Shown in pieces: positions 30,908 through 40,409 of a DNA stretch of 64,000 nucleotides. The position numbers and the translations under genes were made by a program. The notes below the pieces were generated by a model that saw only the letters and a list, made by a program, of their open reading frames with translations, ran no database searches and was not told where the DNA came from. Position 1 is the first letter of the stretch, and the number at the start of each line of letters is the position of its first letter. Origin of the DNA: Promethearchaeia archaeon (lineage in GTDB: Archaea; Asgardarchaeota; Lokiarchaeia; Sigyniarchaeales; SOKP01); contig JAHQWL010000072.1 in the NCBI GenBank assembly GCA_029856155.1, positions 58,683 through 122,682 on the forward strand, read 5' to 3'.

Positions 30908-32797
30908 TTATTCCATAGAATCTTCTTTATCAAAAAAAACTTCATAAAACAATTCTTTTTCTCCAGCTTCGGGAGGAGTTATTTTTGTATATCCACCTGT
31001 TTGAATAATACGAACAGCTCTTTTATTTTGAATATGAATGTTTCCATATAATCCTTTTAATCCTTTCTCTTTTGCAATGATAATTATCTCTTGATATAGA
31101 AAAGCTCCAATTCCTTTTCCTCTATAATCTTCTCTCACAATGAAACTATATTCTCCCATATTTAATTTAGAGTTTAAATAGTAGGTTGCATTTCCAATCA
31201 TTTTTTGATGTCCAATTTCACCTATAAAGGCACCAATCGAAAAAATGTTGTTATAATCAATATTAACTTCAAATTGAGTTTTGGAGTGAGTGAACTCTTT
31301 TTTTAGTTCAAAGAATCTTAAATATCTATCTCTCTCGCTCAAGGAGTAATATAAGTCTTTTAATAAGGGCTCATCAGTAGTTTTCACAGGACGGATTCTT
31401 ACTTTTTCCTTTTCAATTGTAGTATAAACAGTCTCATATTCTGAAGGATAAATACAAATACGACCTTTCTCATCACAGGGTAATAATTGATCAGAATAAA
31501 TATACTTCAAGTTTTTAGCAGCACTTAACAATAATTGCCTAAACTTCGGATGGGCTATACAAATTAGTTCGATTACTCTTTCGCGAATACTTTTTCCATG
31601 CAGATAAGCAACACCCCATTCAGTCACTACATAATGTACATCTCCACGTGGAAACATTATCCCTGCTCCTTCATCTAAATGAGGTACGATACGTGATTTT
31701 TTCCCATCTCGTGAAGTAGATGGGATAATTATGATTGGTTTACCTCCCTTAGAAAAAGCAGCTCCTCTCATAAAATCAATTGTTTCACCAAGTCCGGAAT
31801 AGAAACGATAACCCTCTGTTGAGGCATTTACTTGCCCTGTTAAATCAATCTGCCGAGCAGAATTTATAGAAACCATATTGTTATTCATTCCAATATTTCG
31901 AGGGTTGCATACATAATCGGATGGATGAAACTCAATGAAAGGATTGTTATCTACAAATTTATATAATTTTCTTGTACCCAAAGCAAAACTAGTAATAATT
32001 TTTTCAATGTGGAAATTCTTTTTTCGGCAAGTCAAAACACCTTCTTCTATAAGTGGTATTATATTATCTGTGATATAGTGAGAATGCATTCCTAAATGTT
32101 TTTTATCTCCTAGACACCTTAGTGCAGCATTTGGAAGATCTCCAAAACCTACATGAATTGTTGATTTGTTTTCTATTAGATTTGCTAAATTTTTACATAT
32201 TCTAACAGCGATTTCGTCGGGTTCATCAAAGTGAAACTCTAGCAATGGAGTATCATTATATACAAAATAATCTATTTCTTTCATATGAATAAAACTATTT
32301 CCTAAAGTACGAGGCATCTGGGGATTAATTTCAGCAATAGTCATATAAGATGATTGTGCTATTGGTTTAGCAATGTCTACATTAATTCCTAAAGAACAAA
32401 AACCGTACGGATCAGGAGGAGAAACTTGAATGAGAGCGACATCAATATGCTTCCGACCAGTTAAAAATAATGGAGGAATTTCACTAGCATATATTGGTGT
32501 ATAATCTGCCTGTCCCTTATTAATTTCCTCACGAAGAGTCTTCCCTATAAAAAATGCATTATGTCTAAAAAGATCCTCTGCTTTATCTTTAAAATATTTT
32601 TCAGGACCTATAGTTAAAAAATGGAGAATTTCAGTATCTATTAGTTTTTCTGAATTTTTTATTAATTCCGAGGTTAAGAGCTGAGGTTCAGAGCATCCTG
32701 AGTCTATAAAAACCCTATTCCCTGAAATAATTTTTCCTATTGCTTGTTGGGCAGTAATTTCCTTATTCTTCCACTTTTCTTTCCAAGTAAAATCCAT
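30908..32797 (-). CDS. Acetyl-CoA hydrolase/CoA-transferase-like domain fused to a GNAT acetyltransferase
   Basis: DVALIQVSPPD..GFCSLG, QIDLTGQVNA, DFMRGA, VVTEWG.A.L.GKSIRER; GNAT part IRPV...RYLRFF...YRGKGIG. Confidence 0.9.
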   Translation of the reverse strand: MDFTWKEKWKNKEITAQQAIGKIISGNRVFIDSGCSEPQLLTSELIKNSEKLIDTEILHFLTIGPEKYFKDKAEDLFRHNAFFIGKTLREEINKGQADYTPIYASEIPPLFLTGRKHIDVALIQVSPPDPYGFCSLGINVDIAKPIAQSSYMTIAEINPQMPRTLGNSFIHMKEIDYFVYNDTPLLEFHFDEPDEIAVRICKNLANLIENKSTIHVGFGDLPNAALRCLGDKKHLGMHSHYITDNIIPLIEEGVLTCRKKNFHIEKIITSFALGTRKLYKFVDNNPFIEFHPSDYVCNPRNIGMNNNMVSINSARQIDLTGQVNASTEGYRFYSGLGETIDFMRGAAFSKGGKPIIIIPSTSRDGKKSRIVPHLDEGAGIMFPRGDVHYVVTEWGVAYLHGKSIRERVIELICIAHPKFRQLLLSAAKNLKYIYSDQLLPCDEKGRICIYPSEYETVYTTIEKEKVRIRPVKTTDEPLLKDLYYSLSERDRYLRFFELKKEFTHSKTQFEVNIDYNNIFSIGAFIGEIGHQKMIGNATYYLNSKLNMGEYSFIVREDYRGKGIGAFLYQEIIIIAKEKGLKGLYGNIHIQNKRAVRIIQTGGYTKITPPEAGEKELFYEVFFDKEDSME

Positions 32798-33063
32798 TGC
32801 ATTTATTCACTCCATTGAGAATGCTCACACTCAAATATAAATTTATTTTTCATTAATTTTATATCTAATTAAACTGATATTTCTATTTTCACTCATTTAT
32901 AATTTTTGAAATTATAAATAAAATGTTTAAATTTCATTCATCTCTTTTTTGAATTAGAACATTTCTTTTGAAATGATATATTTTAAATGGTATCATTAAA
33001 TAAAAATTAAAAGTATACTAAATGAACTTCTAATTTAATGAAATTCAAAAATGTGAAGAAAAA

Positions 33064-35043
33064 ATGTCTAAAGAAGAAAGAATGGAAAGTATTCTAACGG
33101 AAAATCGAATTTTTAATCCCATTGATCTAAATCCTAAATTTGCAAAAACTGGGATGACAATGGATGAATATAAAAAACTTTATACACAATCAATAGAAGA
33201 TATGGAAGGCTTCTGGGATGAACAAGCAAAATCTATAGATTGGTTCAAACCCTACGATAAAGTTTGGGAAAAAACTGATCTATTTCCTGGTAAATGGTTT
33301 GTTGGTGGAAAACTTAATGTAAGTTATAACGCTTTAGATAGGCATGTTAAAGCTGGAAAAGGAGATAAAATTGCGCTAATCTGGGAAGCAGACGAACCTG
33401 GAAATGTAAGAAAATTTACTTATAAAGCCCTTTTGAAAGAAGTTAGTAAAGTTGCTAATAGAATGAAAAAGTTAGGATTGAAAAAAGGAGATCGAGTGAC
33501 TATATGGTTACCTATGATTCCTGAGCTTGCGATCATCATGCTAGCTTGCGCTCGAATAGGTGTGATTCATTCAATTGTATTTGGTGGATTCTCGAAAGAA
33601 GCTGTTAAAGGTAGAATTGAAGATTCTAATTCTCGAATACTATTCACGAGTGATGAAACCTTAAGAGCTGGGAAATTTTACCCAAAAATGGAAGATGTCG
33701 TTCAAATTATCAATGATGTTCCTACTATAGAACACGTTGTTGTTGTACAACGTTCTGGAAGAGAGATATCCCATACTGAAAAGGATATTTGGTATCATGA
33801 CTTTATTGATGGTATGAGCGAAGAATGTGAACCCGAAGCTATGGATTCTGAAGATACATTATTTATTTTATATACAAGCGGAACAACTGGAAAACCCAAA
33901 GGAGTAAAACATACTACTGCAGGATATACACTATATACTTCATTTACTCACAGAGTTGTTTTTAATTATCATGAAAAAGATATCTGGTATTGTACTGCTG
34001 ATATTGGATGGATAACGGGGCATTCTTACATAGTTTATGGGCCATTAGTAAATGGTGCTACATCATTAATGTTCGAAGGTGTTCCAACGTATCCAGATGT
34101 TGATCGATTTTGGGATATTGTCGAACGTCATAAAGTAACTCATTTTTATACAGCACCCACTGCAATACGTGCTTTAATGAGATATGGTGATGAACCAGTA
34201 AAAAAACATAACTTAAGTTCATTAAAAGTGCTTGGAACTGTTGGTGAACCAATAAATCCAGAAGCTTGGACTTGGTATCATCGAGTAATAGGTAAAGAAC
34301 GCTGTCCAATTGTTGATACCTACTGGCAAACTGAAACTGGAGGATTTATTATGACTCCAATAGCTACTGCAACTCCTACAAAACCGGGATCTTGCTGTGT
34401 ACCATTTTTGGGGATTAAACCGGTGATCTTTGATTTAGAGGGTGAAGTGATTACAGAACCAAACGAAGGTGGATACTTAGCAATTGCTCAAAGTTGGCCG
34501 GGTATGTTACGCGATGTTTGGGGTGATACTGAGAGATTTAAATCAACTTATCTCGAAAAATATCCTGGGCATTATTACACAGGTGATGGAGCTCGACGAG
34601 ATGAAGATGGATATTACTGGATTTTAGGTAGACTTGATGATGTTATTAAAGTGTCAGGACATAGAATAGGTACTATGGAAGTCGAGTCTGCTCTTGTAAG
34701 CCACCCTAATGTTGCAGAAGCTGCTGTTGCTCCTTTTCCTCACAAAATCAAAGGTCAAGCAATTTGGGCATTTGTGACTTTAATTCAGGGAGTCCAAAAA
34801 TCAGCTAAATTAGCTAATGAAATCAGGATGCATGTAAGAACAGAAATAGGACCTGTTTTCCAACCAGATGTAATTCAATTTGCTGATGACTTACCAAAAA
34901 CTCGAAGTGGTAAGATAATGAGGCGAATTTTAAAAGCAATTGCTGCAGGCACTGATATTGGAAATGTGACTACTTTAGCTGATCCTTCCGTTGTAGAATC
35001 TTTATTAGAGGAACGTAAAAAGATGGATGTAGAAATAGGTTAA
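33064..35043 (+). CDS. acs: AMP-forming acetyl-CoA synthetase
   Basis: YTSGTTGKPKG, ADIGWITGHSY, VGEPIN, DTYWQTETG, GHRIGT, LPKTRSGKIMRR. Confidence 0.97.
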   Translation: MSKEERMESILTENRIFNPIDLNPKFAKTGMTMDEYKKLYTQSIEDMEGFWDEQAKSIDWFKPYDKVWEKTDLFPGKWFVGGKLNVSYNALDRHVKAGKGDKIALIWEADEPGNVRKFTYKALLKEVSKVANRMKKLGLKKGDRVTIWLPMIPELAIIMLACARIGVIHSIVFGGFSKEAVKGRIEDSNSRILFTSDETLRAGKFYPKMEDVVQIINDVPTIEHVVVVQRSGREISHTEKDIWYHDFIDGMSEECEPEAMDSEDTLFILYTSGTTGKPKGVKHTTAGYTLYTSFTHRVVFNYHEKDIWYCTADIGWITGHSYIVYGPLVNGATSLMFEGVPTYPDVDRFWDIVERHKVTHFYTAPTAIRALMRYGDEPVKKHNLSSLKVLGTVGEPINPEAWTWYHRVIGKERCPIVDTYWQTETGGFIMTPIATATPTKPGSCCVPFLGIKPVIFDLEGEVITEPNEGGYLAIAQSWPGMLRDVWGDTERFKSTYLEKYPGHYYTGDGARRDEDGYYWILGRLDDVIKVSGHRIGTMEVESALVSHPNVAEAAVAPFPHKIKGQAIWAFVTLIQGVQKSAKLANEIRMHVRTEIGPVFQPDVIQFADDLPKTRSGKIMRRILKAIAAGTDIGNVTTLADPSVVESLLEERKKMDVEIG

Positions 35044-35294
35044 ATTTCTAATTTTTTATAATTTTTTTTTATTTTAATATCTATTTGTAACTTAGATATC
35101 GATAAATCTAATCATAAATATAAACATGATAATTGAATTAGAAATTGATTCAACTAAAAAAAAGAATAAAAACGTTTTGAAAAGTAGTTAAAAATCAATT
35201 TAAAAATTATAAAGTAAATTCCATTTCTTTATTATAACCTATGAGATAACATAATATTTTTAAATTAAAGGATTGAACTAATATTATATTGATT

Positions 35295-35930
35295 ATGAAA
35301 GAAGAAGAATTGTTAGATAAATTAAAAAACGCAATTTTGAAAGGAGATCCACATGAAACAATTAATTTAGTTAATAATTCTATTAAAATGGGAATACAAG
35401 CCAAAGAGATTTTGAATAAAGCAATTCTTAAAGGTGCTGAAGAAGCTGGGAATTTATATGAAGAGGGTGAATATTTTCTTCCTGATTTGCTAATGACCGG
35501 TGATTCCATTACCGCCGCTACTGAAATATTAAAGAATTCATTAAATGAAAAATCTGAAATAGAATCTAAAGGTACTATTTTAATTGGAACAGTAGAAGGT
35601 GATATCCATGATATCGGCAAAAGTTTGGTAGTCTCACTATTAAAAGGGCAAGGTTTTGATGTTGTTGATTTAGGATCTGATGTTCCACCAGAAAAGTTTC
35701 TTCGAAAAGCAAAAGAAATAAATCCCAAACTGATAGGATTGAGTGGATTAATGACAATGAGCATCTCTAAAATGGTGGAAACAGTTAATTTACTTAAGAA
35801 TGAAAATATACAGTCTCGAATAATCATTGGTGGTGGGATATTATCAAAAGAATCATGTGAAATGATAGGAGCAGATGACTTTGCCAAAGATGGTTGGGAA
35901 GGAGTTAAAAAAATAAATAATTTAATTTGA
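35295..35930 (+). CDS. Corrinoid (B12-binding) methyltransferase cognate protein
   Basis: GEYFLPDL cap domain; GTVEGDIHDIGK; DLG.DVP; GLSGLMT; IIGG; IGAD. Confidence 0.93.
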   Translation: MKEEELLDKLKNAILKGDPHETINLVNNSIKMGIQAKEILNKAILKGAEEAGNLYEEGEYFLPDLLMTGDSITAATEILKNSLNEKSEIESKGTILIGTVEGDIHDIGKSLVVSLLKGQGFDVVDLGSDVPPEKFLRKAKEINPKLIGLSGLMTMSISKMVETVNLLKNENIQSRIIIGGGILSKESCEMIGADDFAKDGWEGVKKINNLI

Positions 35931-35952
35931 ATCTAAGAGGTGTAAGAATAAA

Positions 35953-37032
35953 TTGACTAAAGATTGGGCTGCTTCTGTAAATAGAATATTTAGGACAATA
36001 TCTGGATCAAAAAGAGTTGATAAAGTTCCTTTTCTTGCATTCGCCGGGGAACAAATGATTTGTCGAGTAACTGGTAAAACGGTGAAAGAATTATATAGTT
36101 CCCCAAAGGTTTATGCTAATGCTATTATAACCACTTTTGAGTTTTTAAATACCGATTCTATAAATGTTCCAAGTGCCTACGCAGGACCAAGCGAAGCTTT
36201 AGCATTTGCGGAAGCGAACAACAAATTAGATACAATTAAATGGTTTGATTATCAACCTCCAATGTGTAATCAAGGAGCGATTTGTAAATCGGAAGAAGAT
36301 ATTGAAAAACTGGAAATTCCAGATCATAGTAAGAATAATCTATGGAAAAACTCCTTACTAGCTGCAAAAATGATTAATGAAAAAATTAAATTTCCCCAGG
36401 TAATAAGCTTAAGTATTTGGTCTGTTGTCCAGGAGTTGCGTGGCATAGAAGCCTATAAGGATATGCGCCGAAATCCGGATTTGTTATTAAAACTGTGCGA
36501 AAAAATTTATGAATCTCAAATGGATATTTATGAGAATTGGCTTGAAATTGTGGGTATGCCTCCTAATGTTTTTATTGCAGGATATGCATTTAACCGTCAT
36601 ATGATGAGTTTTCAAGATTCTATGCGCTATGAAGGTCAGTTCATTAAAAGGATGATGAATAAAATAAATGTTCCTTTCATGCTTCATAATTGTGGAACTT
36701 CACCATATTTCACAGAAGTTGTTAAAGAAATTAATTTTATTGCCGTTAATGGTAGTCATCCGTTAGATATTGAATATTGGATTGATTTTAAAAAGAAATA
36801 TCCAAAAATTGTAATTATAGGTGCTAATATTGACGTAAGTCGAGAAATGCTCACAGGAACTCCTTCTGATGTTGAAAAAAAGGTAAAAGAAAACATCTTA
36901 AACTTAGCTCCTGGGGGTAGATATATTTGTTGCCCTGTTTGTAGCTTACCATGGGGAGTACCTATTCCAAATATCTTAGCAATTCCAAAAGCAATTGAGA
37001 AATATGGACATTATCCCATAAAAATAAATTAA
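35953..37032 (+). CDS. MtaA/CmuA-like methyltransferase (URO-D family)
   Basis: EALAF, LHNCG Zn motif, GANID, GTP..V, CPVCSL; adjacent to the corrinoid protein. Confidence 0.85.
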   Translation: MTKDWAASVNRIFRTISGSKRVDKVPFLAFAGEQMICRVTGKTVKELYSSPKVYANAIITTFEFLNTDSINVPSAYAGPSEALAFAEANNKLDTIKWFDYQPPMCNQGAICKSEEDIEKLEIPDHSKNNLWKNSLLAAKMINEKIKFPQVISLSIWSVVQELRGIEAYKDMRRNPDLLLKLCEKIYESQMDIYENWLEIVGMPPNVFIAGYAFNRHMMSFQDSMRYEGQFIKRMMNKINVPFMLHNCGTSPYFTEVVKEINFIAVNGSHPLDIEYWIDFKKKYPKIVIIGANIDVSREMLTGTPSDVEKKVKENILNLAPGGRYICCPVCSLPWGVPIPNILAIPKAIEKYGHYPIKIN

Positions 37033-37093
37033 AATTTAAAATTCATCTAAAAATAATTCTCTTCCATTATTTTTTTTTCCTTAGATCCAATAT

Positions 37094-37228
37094 GGTAAGA
37101 TAATGTGAAGAATATTAAAAGCTATTACCGCTACCACTGATTTTGGAAATATAAAAAAACTAGCAGATCCGTTTGTTGTAGATGCTCTATTAGAACAACG
37201 TAAGAAAATGGATATAGAGATGGGTTAA
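37094..37228 (+). repeat. Degenerate direct copy of the last 135 nt of acs (34909-35043)
   Basis: GKIM*RILKAITATTDFGNIKKLADPFVVDALLEQRKKMDIEMG* vs GKIMRRILKAIAAGTDIGNVTTLADPSVVESLLEERKKMDVEIG*; 103/135 nt identical by hand count, no gaps. Confidence 0.92.
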
Positions 37229-37267
37229 TTTTTTTTTAATTTTATTTTTAAAAAATTTGCTTTTTCC

Positions 37268-38110
37268 TCAACCTTTTGCAAAAGTACCTATTGCGTATAG
37301 TAAATCTAATTTTTCTTTAATTTCTTTTCCCAATATCATCTTTACACAGGTCATATCTTCTAGTTCAGTTAAATTGAACAATTTAAAAATCCTTTTCGGA
37401 AAATATCGATGATTAGCTATAATCATATGATCAGCTCCTAATTCGATACCCCTAGTAATAATCTGTGATGCTACATTCGAATTCGTGGCTATTAATGGTC
37501 CTAGGCGTTTATTCGCTAATAATCCATATCCTTCATTTTCAATAGTTAAAATTTTCGCACCTAATTTAATTCTCAAGTTTAAATAATTAGTTCTATCAAA
37601 TCCCATTGATTCTTTATCTAGAGTTAACACCCACTCTGGAATTCTATTTAAAATACTAACTTCATTATCTGCAATTCCTAATTGTTGAGATTGTATTGGT
37701 AACTGATACATCTCACCATAAAATCTTCTTTTAAACCCAAACTTTTTATAAATGGGCTCTCCTAACTTGGAAGCATAAAGAATCTTGGCTTCACAATTCA
37801 TTTTATTAGCAATTTCTAATAAATTCCTAAAAATTTCTGTTCCTATTCCTTTTCCTCTGTATTCTTGCAATACGGCCATGTATCCAAAACTACTAACTTT
37901 TTCAAATATAAAAACCCCCCCCACGCCAATAATTTTTCCTTTCACTTCAGAAATAAGGAATTTTCCAATTTCCCCTTCTATTAAAGCTTTCCATATTTTT
38001 TCTTCTGCTTTAATATCCTCAGGAGGGGTCCTATTAAAAGCAGTATACATCAAGTTTATACTTTTGGAAATTTCTTTATCAGCTGGTTCTCTAATATTAT
38101 ATTTTATCAT
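37268..38110 (-). CDS. GNAT family N-acetyltransferase (two-domain)
   Basis: MAVLQEYRGKGIG, LYASKLGEPIYKKFGF; second domain GFDR...RLGPLIA. Confidence 0.88.
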   Translation of the reverse strand: MIKYNIREPADKEISKSINLMYTAFNRTPPEDIKAEEKIWKALIEGEIGKFLISEVKGKIIGVGGVFIFEKVSSFGYMAVLQEYRGKGIGTEIFRNLLEIANKMNCEAKILYASKLGEPIYKKFGFKRRFYGEMYQLPIQSQQLGIADNEVSILNRIPEWVLTLDKESMGFDRTNYLNLRIKLGAKILTIENEGYGLLANKRLGPLIATNSNVASQIITRGIELGADHMIIANHRYFPKRIFKLFNLTELEDMTCVKMILGKEIKEKLDLLYAIGTFAKG

Positions 38111-38236
38111 AAAAATCCTTACTAATGATATTTCTTAAAAGAATAAAAATAAATAAATCAATTTTTTATTAATATTTCAAAGATTTTTTGGTTTTCTATA
38201 CTTTACATTAAATTCTAATATCCAAAGGTTTTAAAA

Positions 38237-39907
38237 TTGAGTTTTGACAGTGAACTATTAACAGAAAAGATAAAAACAATGGAAGAAAATGAAGCTGTTG
38301 AAATGCTTCTTTCAATATTGTCTGCATCCAAAAATATGGAAAATAAATTAAAAGCAATTGATCTTCTAACCTCTTATGCTGATATTGAAAAAATTCGTTT
38401 TCAAAATATAAAAACTATTTTTCTAAACGATCAGCATCCTCAATTGAGACTAAAATTAATTGATTTATTGACATTCTGTTATAAGATAGATGGAATTGAA
38501 TTCTTAAAAGAACAATATAAAAATTGTAAAGATGGATCAGTCAGAAAGAAAATAATTGAAAAGGTTGGACAAGGAGATTTAAATGATTCAATACCTTTTT
38601 TCATTGACGCGTTAAGCGATCCTGATATTGAAGCAAAAAATAAAGCGATAATGCTATTAGGAAAAACGGATGTGAGTGATGTGATATCGCCATTAATGGA
38701 TGTTCTTCATTTTAGAAATAACGAGATTTATAATTCTTTAATAGATGCTATTGTAAAAATTGGAAAAAAAGGAAATCTCCAAGCTATTAATGATTATATC
38801 AATACAGAAGATTTTTACATCAAAAGAGAAATTCCAATAATTCTTGGAAAAATAAAAAACAAAGAAAGTGAAGGAATTTTAATTGACTTTTTAAAAGATG
38901 AAAATTCAATAATTAGGAAGAATTCAGTAAAAGCTTTAGATGGAATAATTGGATTAAGGAATGTAAAATATATTATAAATCTCTTAAAAGATCAAGACAT
39001 TGATGTAAGGAAAGAAGTTATTCGAATCTTAGGTAATATTGGGAGTAAGAAGGCTATAAAACCTCTAATTGAATTACTAAAAGAAAAAGATGCAACCATC
39101 AGAAATTTTGCTAAAAATGCTCTTTATAAAATTCTTGAAAAAACTAAATCATATGAACCACTTTATGAGATTGTAAAAGGAAGAAACAATAATGCTAGAA
39201 GAGAAACAATAAAATTATTAGGGATGCTAAAAGATGTTGGTGCTATTGATTTATTGATATCTATCTTCAATAGTAGAGTAGCAAGTTTAAGAGGTTCTGC
39301 TTATCGGGCTCTCTTAAGGATTTTAGATAATAAGATTGAAAATAAGATTATTAATTCACTATCAGATAAGTCTTGGCAAATAAGAATGTTTTGTGCTAAA
39401 ATTGTAGGTGAAATTGCAGATCCGAATACTATTAATCATATATTTAACTTAATTGAGGATGAAAATGGAAGTGTAAGGAGAGTAGCTGTGGATTCATTAA
39501 TTAAATTTGAGAATAAAAAAGTTATAGATTTTGCGATAGAATCATTGAAGAGTGCAAATTGGAAGACTCGTAGATCGTCAGTCAAAATATTGTTAAGAAC
39601 TGGAAGTAAAGAATCATTCAATTCTCTCATTTCTTGTTTAGATGATGAGGATGTATATATAAAAAGTTGGGCTGCTATGGCCTTAGGCAAACTTAAAGAT
39701 ATCGATTCTATTGAACCGTTTATTCAGTTATTAAAAGAAAATGACGATAAAATAAGAATATCAGCGATTAAAGCTTTAGGTGAAATTGGAAATAAAGATG
39801 CGATTAAATATTTAATTGAAGCTTTAGGAGATGATAACTGGGACGTAAGAAAAGAAATCGAGAATGCTTTGAATCAAATTGATCGAGATTGGATGAGCTA
39901 CTTATGA
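38237..39907 (+). CDS. HEAT-repeat (PBS lyase-like) protein
   Basis: Many L.D.D..VR..A..ALG.IG units. Confidence 0.92.
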   Translation: MSFDSELLTEKIKTMEENEAVEMLLSILSASKNMENKLKAIDLLTSYADIEKIRFQNIKTIFLNDQHPQLRLKLIDLLTFCYKIDGIEFLKEQYKNCKDGSVRKKIIEKVGQGDLNDSIPFFIDALSDPDIEAKNKAIMLLGKTDVSDVISPLMDVLHFRNNEIYNSLIDAIVKIGKKGNLQAINDYINTEDFYIKREIPIILGKIKNKESEGILIDFLKDENSIIRKNSVKALDGIIGLRNVKYIINLLKDQDIDVRKEVIRILGNIGSKKAIKPLIELLKEKDATIRNFAKNALYKILEKTKSYEPLYEIVKGRNNNARRETIKLLGMLKDVGAIDLLISIFNSRVASLRGSAYRALLRILDNKIENKIINSLSDKSWQIRMFCAKIVGEIADPNTINHIFNLIEDENGSVRRVAVDSLIKFENKKVIDFAIESLKSANWKTRRSSVKILLRTGSKESFNSLISCLDDEDVYIKSWAAMALGKLKDIDSIEPFIQLLKENDDKIRISAIKALGEIGNKDAIKYLIEALGDDNWDVRKEIENALNQIDRDWMSYL

Positions 39908-39957
39908 AATGTGAATCTCAAATTAAATCGAATCTTTGAAAAATATACATTTAAAAA

Positions 39958-40341
39958 TTACACGTTAATAATTTTTGGGATTATTTCCTCTAATTTGCTT
40001 ATAATATAAGAGATATTAGATTCTCTATTAATAATTAATATAAAAAAAGTGGTATTATCACATTCAAAAATTAGTATTGTTTTTTCTTCTAATTCAGCAA
40101 TAACTTTTTTGAATTTTTGATTACCTATTGTTTCTCCAATACCTATTGCACTTTCTAAAACAGTAGCACACATAGAAGCAAATTTTCTGCAATTGAATTC
40201 ATCTCCTATATTTTCACTAATGGGTTCTCCATCTCTGTAGGCAAAAATTATCCCATCTAGATTTCCTTTATCCTTAATTTCATTTAGGAGTTGAAATACT
40301 TCATTAAATTTATGCGAATTAGAATGATTCATATAATTCAT
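39958..40341 (-). CDS. Roadblock/LC7 domain protein
   Basis: LDGIIFAYRDGEPI...FASMCATVLESA...VIAE; typical size. Confidence 0.82.
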   Translation of the reverse strand: MNYMNHSNSHKFNEVFQLLNEIKDKGNLDGIIFAYRDGEPISENIGDEFNCRKFASMCATVLESAIGIGETIGNQKFKKVIAELEEKTILIFECDNTTFFILIINRESNISYIISKLEEIIPKIINV

Positions 40342-40409
40342 TAAATTATATATTTCAGTTTCTATAAATATGGATAATTAAATAAAACTATTGAATTATT
40401 ATAATATAT

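Noticed and set aside
8999-37228. In-frame TGA codons (YbjQ remnant, acs remnant) as selenocysteine
   Set aside because: They are not at Cys positions and occur with other lesions or truncation; no SECIS was recognised
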